Shown one piece after another: positions 26,717 through 34,096 of a DNA stretch of 64,000 nt (its first letter is position 1; each line of letters opens with the position of its first letter). The DNA comes from Dehalococcoidia bacterium (GTDB lineage: Bacteria > Chloroflexota > Dehalococcoidia > SM23-28-2). The stretch spans positions 1,173,702 to 1,237,701 of the forward strand of contig CP070630.1 of NCBI GenBank assembly GCA_020356025.1, in the 5' to 3' direction. Position numbers and translations under genes: made by a program. The notes under the pieces are model-generated. The model was not told where the DNA came from. It worked only from the letters and a program-made list of their open reading frames with translations, and searched no databases.

Positions 26717-26750
26717 GGGCCGCGATAGGGAGGCGGCCCTTCTTGCATTC
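26717..26750 (+). terminator. Terminator after purL
   Basis: GGGCCGC-(9 nt)-GCGGCCC, a 7-bp stem followed by the U-rich UUCUUGCAUUCUU. Confidence 0.55.
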
Positions 26751-26758
26751 TTACGGGC

Positions 26759-26786
26759 TTGACATCTTTAGGGCACATAGTACACT
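26759..26786 (+). promoter_or_regulatory. Candidate promoter of the rplI-dnaB operon
   Basis: TTGACA-N16-TACACT in a locally AT-rich patch. Confidence 0.5.
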
Positions 26787-26807
26787 GGAATAGAGCACAT
26801 GTTCGCA

Positions 26808-26870
26808 TGTGGAGAATGTGGATAACAAAGGATAAGTCGGCAGATAGGGCGTGGATAACGTCGTGGACAA
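26808..26870. promoter_or_regulatory. Cluster of four co-oriented DnaA-box-like 9-mers
   Basis: TGTGGAGAA (26808), TGTGGATAA (26817; perfect complement of TTATCCACA), CGTGGATAA (26850) and CGTGGACAA (26862). The first two are directly adjacent. Confidence 0.55.
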
Positions 26871-26948
26871 GTGTCTTGAACCGCCGCCATCGGGTCGTGG
26901 CATGATGCTGACGGCGGGAGGCGGTCATCCTGACGGGGAGGGTGCTCA

Positions 26949-27698
26949 GTGAAGGTGGTATTTCTGGAGGAGGTGGAGGGCTCCGGCCGCATCGGCGAGG
27001 TGAGGAACGTGGCCAACGGCTACGCTCGGAACTATCTTCTGCCGCGGAAGCTGGCCGTGCCTGCCACCGACCACAACGTTCGTATAGCTCAGGCGAGAGC
27101 CGAGGTGGAGGCCAAGCGCCAGGCGAAGCTGGACGCCGATGCCGAGGTGCTGGCGGAGAAGCTCGTTGGGCTGAGCGTCAGTATCGAGGTGAAAGTGGGT
27201 GAGCAGGGCCGGCTGTACGGCTCGGTGACCGGTCGCGACATCAGCGAGGCGCTGGAGAAGCCGCTGGGGTTTCTGCTGGAGCATCGGCAGGTGGAGCTGG
27301 AAGAGCCCATTCGTCAGGTGGGAGTGTTCGAGGTGCCGCTGAGGCTCTCGCGCAATGTGCGTCGCAGCGTGCAGGTGGCAGTGCTGGGGGAGGGGCAGAC
27401 GCTGGAGGAACTGCTGGCCGCTGTGGCTGCGGAAGAGGAGCAGCCAGAGGAAGCCGCTGAGGCAGAGGCTCCGCAGGAGGCGGAGGTGGCGGAACCAGAG
27501 GAGCAGTCAGAGGAAGTCGCCGAGGAGCCTGCTGAGGAGGCGGAGGTAGAGGAAGAGGAAAAGCCTGTCGAGGAGGCGGAGGTAGAGGAAGAGGAGAAGC
27601 CTGTCGAGGAGGCGGAGGTAGAGGAGGAAGAGAAGCCTGTCGGGGAGGCGGAGGTGGAACAGACGCAGGAAGCGGCCGAAGAGTCGTCGCAGGAATAG
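26949..27698 (+). CDS. rplI: 50S ribosomal protein L9 with about 100-aa acidic repeat C-terminal extension
   Basis: MKVVFLEEVEGSGRIGEVRNVANGYARNYLLPRKLAV... is canonical L9. After about residue 150 the sequence becomes Glu-rich with EEAEVEEEEKPV x3. Confidence 0.9.
   Translation: MKVVFLEEVEGSGRIGEVRNVANGYARNYLLPRKLAVPATDHNVRIAQARAEVEAKRQAKLDADAEVLAEKLVGLSVSIEVKVGEQGRLYGSVTGRDISEALEKPLGFLLEHRQVELEEPIRQVGVFEVPLRLSRNVRRSVQVAVLGEGQTLEELLAAVAAEEEQPEEAAEAEAPQEAEVAEPEEQSEEVAEEPAEEAEVEEEEKPVEEAEVEEEEKPVEEAEVEEEEKPVGEAEVEQTQEAAEESSQE
27534..27660 (+). repeat. In-frame 36-nt tandem repeat (3.5 copies) inside rplI
   Basis: The unit GAGGAGGCGGAGGTAGAGGAAGAGGAAAAGCCTGTC starts at 27534, 27570 and 27606, and a partial copy follows. 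Confidence 0.85.
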
Positions 27699-27710
27699 AG
27701 GAGGTCAGCC

Positions 27711-27911
27711 ATGACCATGTCTGTCGAAGAGACGGAAGCCCTTCTGAAGAAAGCGGAGCAAGAGCTGGACGGTGCCAAGACCGCGGACGAGATCCGTCAG
27801 ACCTGGCGGAAGTACTACCTCCAGGTAGGGCACAGGAGCCTGGGAAGGCTGCTCCTCGGCCGCTCGGCTGAGGAGATCGTCGCGCGTAGAAGGTCTCGCG
27901 AGCAGGAGTAG
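27711..27911 (+). CDS. Small hypothetical protein (66 aa) between rplI and dnaB
   Basis: AGGAGG 6 nt upstream of the ATG. Protein-like helical composition (MTMSVEETEALLKKAEQELDGAKTADEIRQTWRKYYLQVG...). I recognise no family. Confidence 0.5.
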   Translation: MTMSVEETEALLKKAEQELDGAKTADEIRQTWRKYYLQVGHRSLGRLLLGRSAEEIVARRRSREQE

Positions 27912-27920
27912 GCCGAGGCT

Positions 27921-29318
27921 GTGGCGACGGTAGTAGCCGAGAGGCTTCCCCCGCACGACGTCGAGGCAGAGGAGGCGGTTATCGCCTCGCTCCTGGTGGA
28001 CGGCGAGGCCATATTCAAGGTAGCGCCGGTACTGCAACCAGCGGACTTCTTTCGGGAGAAGAACGCCTGGGCCTACGACGCCTGCCTGGCCCTCTGGGGG
28101 CGTAACGAGGCCATAAATCAGATCACCCTGGCCCACGAGCTGGCCCGGCGAGGGCGGCTGGAGGAGATGGGCGGTGTGGCCTACCTGAGCCAGCTGGTGG
28201 CGGAGTTGCCCACCCCTCTTGGCGTCGAGTACTACGCCCAGATCGTGCAGAGGGACGCCGTCTATCGCCGTCTGATCGATGCAAGCCAGAGGATACAACA
28301 GATGGCCTACCAGGGAGGTGCCGACCAGGCGGCGCTGCTGTCCCGAGCCGAGGGCCTGCTGGTGGCTGTGCGGGGGGAAAAGCTGGCCAGCGATTTCGTG
28401 CACATCAAGGAGTTGCTGGAACGCCACGTGGAGGGGCCGGGGATGGAGGAGGCGGGCGCTGTGTCCGGCGGTCACATCCGCACCGGCTTCATGGACATGG
28501 ACACGCTCCTGGGAGGACTCAAGCGGGCCGACCTGGTGATCCTGGCCGCTCGCCCGAGCCTAGGGAAGACGTCGCTGGCCCTGAACATCGCTCGCAATGC
28601 CGCTGTGGGCCAGCAGGCCACAGTGGCCGTCTTCAGCCTGGAGACGGCCGGCGAGCAGGTGGCTCAGCGGTTGCTGGCCATGGAGTCCAGCGTCGACTCC
28701 ACCCGTCTGCGCCTCGGCACCCATAACGAGGCCGAGGAGCGGCGGATCATGCAGGCTATCGGCGTGCTGGCCAACGCCAACATCTACGTGGACGACAGCG
28801 CCGTGGTGCGCGTGCCCGAGATGCGGGGCAAGGCCTGGCGTCTGTCCAGAGAGGGCCGGCTGGACCTGATAATCGTTGACTACTTGCAGCTTATGCACGG
28901 CGGGGTGCCGGCGGAGAACCGAGTGCAGGAGATCAGCTACATCTCGCGCTCACTCAAGGAGCTGGCGCGGGAGCTGAACGTGCCGGTGCTGGCTGTGTCG
29001 CAGCTATCGAGGGCGGTGGAGGCGCGGGCCACCCACATACCCATGCTGAGCGACCTGCGGGAGTCGGGGAGCATAGAGCAGGACGCCGACGTGGTGCTTT
29101 TCATCTATCGCGAGGATGCCTACGTGCGCAGGGACGAATGGGAGCGCGTGCATCCCGACCGCCCGGGGGAGAGCTACCCGCAAGGCATCGCCCAGATCAT
29201 CGTGGCGAAGCACCGCAACGGCCCCACGGGTACGCTCCATCTGCGCTTTCGGGAGAAGACGGCTCGCTTTGAAGACCTCCTCGTCCTCCCTTCAGAAGGG
29301 GAGGGCGAATGGAACTAG
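27921..29318 (+). CDS. dnaB: Replicative DNA helicase DnaB
   Basis: PPHDVEAEEAVIASLL, Walker A ARPSLGKTS, IIVDYLQLM and SQLSRAVE. Confidence 0.95.
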   Translation: MATVVAERLPPHDVEAEEAVIASLLVDGEAIFKVAPVLQPADFFREKNAWAYDACLALWGRNEAINQITLAHELARRGRLEEMGGVAYLSQLVAELPTPLGVEYYAQIVQRDAVYRRLIDASQRIQQMAYQGGADQAALLSRAEGLLVAVRGEKLASDFVHIKELLERHVEGPGMEEAGAVSGGHIRTGFMDMDTLLGGLKRADLVILAARPSLGKTSLALNIARNAAVGQQATVAVFSLETAGEQVAQRLLAMESSVDSTRLRLGTHNEAEERRIMQAIGVLANANIYVDDSAVVRVPEMRGKAWRLSREGRLDLIIVDYLQLMHGGVPAENRVQEISYISRSLKELARELNVPVLAVSQLSRAVEARATHIPMLSDLRESGSIEQDADVVLFIYREDAYVRRDEWERVHPDRPGESYPQGIAQIIVAKHRNGPTGTLHLRFREKTARFEDLLVLPSEGEGEWN

Positions 29319-30040
29319 AGAAGAGTCGGTTCGAGGGCTTTCCTGCCGGGGCGTTGGCGACCACCATCCCGAACCTTTTTTTCACTGCTGTGTTGCCCCG
29401 CATCAGCGACCCGGCGGAGCTGGTGGTCAGCCTTTACTGCTTCTTTGCCCACGGCCGCAAGAAGGGGCAGCCCCGCTTTCTGACCTACGCTGAGCTGAGC
29501 GCGGATCGCGTACTGGCTGCCGCGCTCGATCCACTGGGGGAGGGCGCCCTGCGACGGGGCGTCGACGCGGCGGTGGAGCGGGGAACGCTTCTGCGGCTGG
29601 ACGTGGAGCCTGAGCCTGTGGCAGGCGGGCACGAGGGGCAGACGCAAGAGCTGTACTTCCTCAACACGGCGGCCGGCCGGCGGCAGGTGACGGCGATCGA
29701 GGCTGGCGAGCAAAGGTTGGGGCGGCTCCTGCCTTCGCCGACTGAGCCGCCTGAACTCAAGCCCAACATCTTCGACCTTTACGAACAACACATCGGCCCC
29801 CTGACGCCGATGGTCGCCGAGGAACTGAAGGACGCTGAGGGGCAGTATCCTGCCGACTGGTTTGAGCCGGCCTTTCGGATAGCGGTGGAACAAAACAAGC
29901 GTAGCTGGAGCTACATCGCTGCGATTCTCAGGCGATGGGAGACAGAGGGTCCGGACTATGAGAAGGCTGGACGAGATTCTGAAGGGCCTGGGCGCAAACG
30001 CTCCCTCTCAGGGCGATACCGACATCTCGTCCGTCACTGA
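29309..30040 (+). CDS. DnaD-domain (DnaB_2-type) replication initiation / helicase-loading accessory protein
   Basis: The C-terminal part NIFDLYEQHIGPLTPMVAEELKDAEGQYPADWFEPAFRIAVEQNKRSWSYIAAILRRWETEG matches the DnaD C-terminal domain pattern. The start overlaps the dnaB stop. Confidence 0.7.
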   Translation: MELEKSRFEGFPAGALATTIPNLFFTAVLPRISDPAELVVSLYCFFAHGRKKGQPRFLTYAELSADRVLAAALDPLGEGALRRGVDAAVERGTLLRLDVEPEPVAGGHEGQTQELYFLNTAAGRRQVTAIEAGEQRLGRLLPSPTEPPELKPNIFDLYEQHIGPLTPMVAEELKDAEGQYPADWFEPAFRIAVEQNKRSWSYIAAILRRWETEGPDYEKAGRDSEGPGRKRSLSGRYRHLVRH

Positions 30041-31379
30041 GGCCGCTGAGCGGGTCGAGGAGGGCGTTTGCCCGCTGTGCCGGGGGGCGGGCTTCGTGCG
30101 CAAGGATGTCCCGCTCGACGATACCGACTTCGGTCGGGCCTTCCCCTGCCGGTGCGTGCTGGAGGAGAAGGAAGAGGAGCGGCTGGCGCGCCTGCAGCGC
30201 TACAGCAACCTGGGGCCTCTGGTTCGCCTGACCTTCGCCAACCTGATGAGCCGCGGCCGCAGCACCGATCCCGGCAACCAAGAGAGGTTCGCGCGAGCGG
30301 TGGCGGCGGCCCAGCAGTTCGCCGAGGAGCCGAGCGGCTGGCTGGTGCTCGGCGGGCCCAGCGGCTGCGGGAAGACGCATCTGGCGGCGGCGATCGGCAA
30401 CGCCTCCATCGAGCAGGGGCGGCCGGCCTTCTTTGTGGTGGTGCCCGACCTGCTGGATCATCTTCGGGCTGCCTACAAGCCGGGCAGCGAGGTCTCGTAC
30501 GATGAACTGTTCGAGCAGGTGCGCAACGCTCCGCTGGTGATCCTTGACGACCTGGGGGGTCACAGCGCTACTGCCTGGGCGCAGGAGAAGCTCTTCCAGC
30601 TACTGAACCATCGCTACAACCACCGGCTTCCGACCGTCTTCACGACCGGTGTTCCCCTGGAGGAGATGGACGAGCGGCTGCGCACGCGCCTGAGCGATGC
30701 GAGTCTGGCGCAGGTGTTCGTGCTGGAAGATGGGCTGGGTGGAGGGACGGCTGCCTTCGGTGGGCTGGCGCTGCCGGTCATCCGCGAGATGACGTTCGAG
30801 AGCTTCTATCTGGGAGGCATCGGTATCAGCTCGGAGGCTAGTCAGAGCCTGCGTAATGCTTTCCGGGCGGCTAAGAACTACGCGGAGAGCCCTGAAGGAT
30901 GGCTTGTGCTGCTGGGGCGAACCGGTTGTGGCAAGACCCACCTGGCAGCGGCGATCGGCCACCATCTGGAGAGCAAGGGCATAACAGTGGAGTTCTGCGT
31001 GGTGCCCGACCTGCTGGAGCTGCTGCGCTCGTCCTTTCGGGAGGAGGCAGCAGGCGGTCAGTTCGACCAGATCTTCGAGGCGGCGCGCACGACTCCCTGC
31101 CTGATCCTTGACGACCTGGGGGTGCACAGCGCTACTCCGTGGGCTCAAGAGAAGCTGTTCCAGATCCTCAACTATCGCTACAATGCCAAACTGCCGACCG
31201 TCATCACGGTGGGTTGCGCCCTGGACGACCTGCCCGATTCCTGGGTCTCGCGCATGTATGACACCAAGGTGAGCATGATCTTCGAGATAGAGGCGCCGGA
31301 CTATCGGGGGCGGCCCAGGAAGCAGGCTCCGCCGCCTCAGCCGGCACGGCGGGGAGGGCGCAAGCGGGCCGCTCGCTGA
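29958..31379 (+). CDS. DnaC/DnaI-type helicase loader with two tandem AAA+ modules and an N-terminal Cys4 motif
   Basis: Module 1 is GGPSGCGKTHLAAAIGN...VVPDLLDHLR...LVILDDLGGHSATAWAQEKLFQLLNHRYNHRLPTVFTT. Module 2 is LGRTGCGKTHLAAAIGH...VVPDLLELLR...LILDDLGVHSATPWAQEKLFQILNYRYNAKLPTVITV. N-terminal CPLCRG...FPCRC. There is an 83-nt overlap with the upstream gene. Confidence 0.8.
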   Translation: MRRLDEILKGLGANAPSQGDTDISSVTEAAERVEEGVCPLCRGAGFVRKDVPLDDTDFGRAFPCRCVLEEKEEERLARLQRYSNLGPLVRLTFANLMSRGRSTDPGNQERFARAVAAAQQFAEEPSGWLVLGGPSGCGKTHLAAAIGNASIEQGRPAFFVVVPDLLDHLRAAYKPGSEVSYDELFEQVRNAPLVILDDLGGHSATAWAQEKLFQLLNHRYNHRLPTVFTTGVPLEEMDERLRTRLSDASLAQVFVLEDGLGGGTAAFGGLALPVIREMTFESFYLGGIGISSEASQSLRNAFRAAKNYAESPEGWLVLLGRTGCGKTHLAAAIGHHLESKGITVEFCVVPDLLELLRSSFREEAAGGQFDQIFEAARTTPCLILDDLGVHSATPWAQEKLFQILNYRYNAKLPTVITVGCALDDLPDSWVSRMYDTKVSMIFEIEAPDYRGRPRKQAPPPQPARRGGRKRAAR

Positions 31380-31924
31380 GAACGGCGGCGGGTGTCGCGG
31401 CGGGCGCGCAGCCAGTCGCGCAGGGCCGAGTGGGTGGTTGGGAAGGAGAGGTCGTCCCAGGGGATGTCGTCCGGGGCAAACCAGCGGGCCTCGAGCGCCT
31501 CGTGCCCGGCCTTCGCGCGACCCGTCGGGCGCTGGCCCTGGAAGACCACAGTGAGGATCCCCGGGCTCTCGGGGGCTGGCCGCGAGTAGACGCCCACCAG
31601 CGGTCCTGCCTTCACCTTCAGGCCGACCTCCTCCTCTGTCTCCCGTACGGCTGCCTCCTCGGCTGTCTCGTCGATCTCCATGTAGCCGGCGGGGAAGGTC
31701 CAGGTGCCGCGACGGGGCTCGATGGCGCGGCGCAGAAGAAGCAGGCGGCCGCCGCGCTCGATGATGACGCCGGCCACGACTCTAGGGTTGAGGTAGAGGA
31801 TGCGGTCGCACTGGTCGCAGACCAGGCGGGGGCGGTCTTCCGTCTCTAGGAGGCGTTCGCTGAGATGACCGCCGCAGTTGGGGCAGAAGCGGGGCGGGCT
31901 GAGGCTGAAATGAGCGCTGGTCAT
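31337..31924 (-). CDS. NUDIX hydrolase with N-terminal zinc ribbon (NudC-like architecture)
   Basis: FCPNCGG...CDQCDRILYLNPR, then the Nudix box GTWTFPAGYMEIDETAEEAAVRETEEEVGL. ATGA overlap with moaE. Confidence 0.85.
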   Translation of the reverse strand: MTSAHFSLSPPRFCPNCGGHLSERLLETEDRPRLVCDQCDRILYLNPRVVAGVIIERGGRLLLLRRAIEPRRGTWTFPAGYMEIDETAEEAAVRETEEEVGLKVKAGPLVGVYSRPAPESPGILTVVFQGQRPTGRAKAGHEALEARWFAPDDIPWDDLSFPTTHSALRDWLRARRDTRRRSQRAARLRPPRRAG

Positions 31925-32355
31925 TCAGGATGCAGGGTAGGTTGCCCTTCCCCCTCGATCCAGGCCTCGCCTCCCTCCCAGACCTCCTTCTTCCAGATGG
32001 GGGCGACCTCCTTGATGCGATCCACGGCGTGCTGACAGGCGTCGAAGGCCTCGCGGCGATGAGGGGATGAGACGACCACGACGAGGCTGGTCTCCCCTAC
32101 CCCCAGGCGGCCGGTTCGATGGGCGATGGCGATATCGCTGATGGGCCAGCGCGTCATGATCTCCTCAGCTACCTGCCGCAGCTTCTTTTCGGCCATCTGG
32201 GGATAGGCATCGTACTCCAGATGGAGGACGCGGCGGCCCAGGTTGCTGCTACGAACGACGCCCAGGAAGAGGGCCACCGCGCCGCTCTCGTCGCGGCGGA
32301 CGTGCTCGATGAAGGGCTGAGGGTCGAGGGGGTCGGCGGTGATGCTAATGAGCAT
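31921..32355 (-). CDS. moaE: Molybdopterin synthase catalytic subunit MoaE
   Basis: MLISITADPLDPQPFIEHVRRDESGAVALFLGVVR...HRTGRLGVGETSLVVVVSSPHRREAF...IWKKE. I prefer ATG 32355, which overlaps the moaD 3' end by 11 nt. Confidence 0.9.
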   Translation of the reverse strand: MLISITADPLDPQPFIEHVRRDESGAVALFLGVVRSSNLGRRVLHLEYDAYPQMAEKKLRQVAEEIMTRWPISDIAIAHRTGRLGVGETSLVVVVSSPHRREAFDACQHAVDRIKEVAPIWKKEVWEGGEAWIEGEGQPTLHPE

Positions 32356-32602
32356 GAGTGCCTCCGCTGACGGGGGGGATGAAGGCCACCTCATCGCCGT
32401 CATGCAGGGCGTGGTCGGCGGGGACATACTCGGCGTTCACGGTGAACAGCAGGCTGCCGCCGTAGTCGGCGAGGCGGGGGAAGCGAGCGCGGAGGTCGTG
32501 GTAGAGTTCGGAGACCGTCAGTCCTTCCCTGACTTCGAGATCTAGCTCGCGTCTGCCGGTCATGTCGTGAAAAGCGGCAAAGAATTTCACTGTGGCTTTC
32601 AT
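32345..32602 (-). CDS. moaD: MoaD/ThiS-family sulfur carrier protein
   Basis: 85 aa with DEVAFIPPVSGG near the C-terminus, followed by four extra residues (THAH). Confidence 0.85.
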   Translation of the reverse strand: MKATVKFFAAFHDMTGRRELDLEVREGLTVSELYHDLRARFPRLADYGGSLLFTVNAEYVPADHALHDGDEVAFIPPVSGGTHAH

Positions 32603-32694
32603 GGTTTTGTCTGCCTCCAGTCTAATGCAGCCGTCTCGGGCGGGGCAAGACGAAGGAGGTATAATACTAGGTACCCGCGACAGGGAGGCAAGCG

Positions 32695-33402
32695 ATGGCA
32701 GGTCTTTCTCCTCTGACCCGCGTGGGCCAGGTGGTGCTGGATGTCCTCTTTCCGTCGCGCTGTGTCGGCTGCGGGGTGTACGGCTCGTTTCTCTGCCAGG
32801 CCTGCCAAGCGGAACTGCCGCGCGCTCGGCCGCCGCGCTGCCCGATCTGCTGGCAGCCGCAGCGTCGGTCGACTCCCTGCGGTCGCTGCCGAGAGGAGAG
32901 GCCTGCCTTCCAGGGGGCGCGCTCGCTCTACATCTACGAGGGTGCGGCTCGTGAGGCGGTGCGCGCTCTCAAGTACAATTACCTCTCCGCGCTGGCTCAG
33001 CCGATGGCGCAGCTTATGGCGGGCTATGTAGAAGAGGAGGACATAGAGGCCGACCTGCTGGTGGCGGTGCCTCTCTACGGGAGAAGGAGGCGATTGCGGG
33101 GCTACAACCAGTCGGCGTTGCTGGCGCGAGAACTCTCGCGGCTGTGCGGCCTTTCGCTGGCGGAGCGAGGGTTGGCGCGGCGTCGCAATACTCCGCCGCA
33201 GGCTCGAAGTGTGGACGCGGAAGCGCGCAAGCGGAACGTGGCCGATGCCTTCAGCGCTGACCGTCGCCGAGTGGAGGGCAAGCGAGTTCTGCTCATCGAC
33301 GACGTCATGACGACCGGCGCCACCCTTAGCGCGTGCGCGCACGCTTTGCGCGAAGCCGGCGCTGCCTCCGTCTGGGCGCTTACCTTCGCGCGGGAGGACT
33401 GA
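32695..33402 (+). CDS. comF: ComF family protein (phosphoribosyltransferase domain)
   Basis: N-terminal CVGCG...CQAC...CPICW...CGRC zinc fingers, and the PRT motif VLLIDDVMTTGATL. Confidence 0.85.
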   Translation: MAGLSPLTRVGQVVLDVLFPSRCVGCGVYGSFLCQACQAELPRARPPRCPICWQPQRRSTPCGRCREERPAFQGARSLYIYEGAAREAVRALKYNYLSALAQPMAQLMAGYVEEEDIEADLLVAVPLYGRRRRLRGYNQSALLARELSRLCGLSLAERGLARRRNTPPQARSVDAEARKRNVADAFSADRRRVEGKRVLLIDDVMTTGATLSACAHALREAGAASVWALTFARED

Positions 33403-33407
33403 CCGCC

Positions 33408-33437
33408 TTGAAGGGGGAAGCGAGGTCGTTCTACAAT
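33408..33437 (+). promoter_or_regulatory. Candidate promoter for hpf
   Basis: TTGAAG-N18-TACAAT. Confidence 0.4.
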
Positions 33438-33485
33438 GGGATCGCAGGCTTGAGCTTAGGGACTCCAAGGAGGGATTGAACCGAT

Positions 33486-34073
33486 ATGGAGCTGACCTTT
33501 CGTTCGCGTCGTGTCACTGTAACCGATAGCTTGCGGGAGTACACTAACCGCAAGCTGAGCCGTCTGAGCCGCTATCTACCTCCGGTGGATGAGGCGGTGG
33601 TTGAGTTGAAGCAGGAGGGGGGCGAGAACGCTCGGCGGTACGTGGTACAGCTAACAGTGAACTGTGATGGGACCTACCTGCGGGCGGAGGAGAGAGGCTC
33701 TCGTCTGCTGCCTGCCATCGACGCCGCCGCCGACATTCTATCCCATCAGGCGCGGCGCTATAAAGAGAAGGTGTATCACAGAGATAAGCATGTCAAGGCC
33801 AGACAGGCAGCACTGGCTGGCAAGGCTGCTGAGCCTGCGGAAGTTGAGGAGGAAGAGGAACGGGAGGAGGAGGAGACAGAGATCGTTCTGGGGCGAGTGG
33901 TGCGCATTAAGCGCTTTCCTGTAAAGCCGATGAGCGAGGAGGAGGCCATCGAGCAAATGGAGCTTCTGCACCACGACTTCTTCCTCTTCTTCGATGCCGA
34001 CGCTAACACATACGCGCTCCTCTATCGGCGGCGCGAGGGGGACTACGGCATGATCATCCCCGAGGCGTTGTAG
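33486..34073 (+). CDS. hpf: Ribosome hibernation-promoting factor (long HPF)
   Basis: MELTFRSRRVTVTDSLREYTNRKLSRLSRYL..., an acidic linker EVEEEEEREEEETE, and the C-terminal dimerisation domain IVRIKRFPVKPMSEEEAIEQMELLHHDFFLFFD. Confidence 0.9.
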   Translation: MELTFRSRRVTVTDSLREYTNRKLSRLSRYLPPVDEAVVELKQEGGENARRYVVQLTVNCDGTYLRAEERGSRLLPAIDAAADILSHQARRYKEKVYHRDKHVKARQAALAGKAAEPAEVEEEEEREEEETEIVLGRVVRIKRFPVKPMSEEEAIEQMELLHHDFFLFFDADANTYALLYRRREGDYGMIIPEAL

Positions 34074-34096
34074 ATAGAGGTTTCCCTTCTGATGAT

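Noticed and set aside
24631-26928. 765-aa minus-strand ORF, the longest in this region
   Set aside because: It lies antisense to purL, which has unmistakable conserved motifs. The product is Arg/Pro/His/Gly-rich with no protein-like pattern. This is a typical high-GC shadow ORF.
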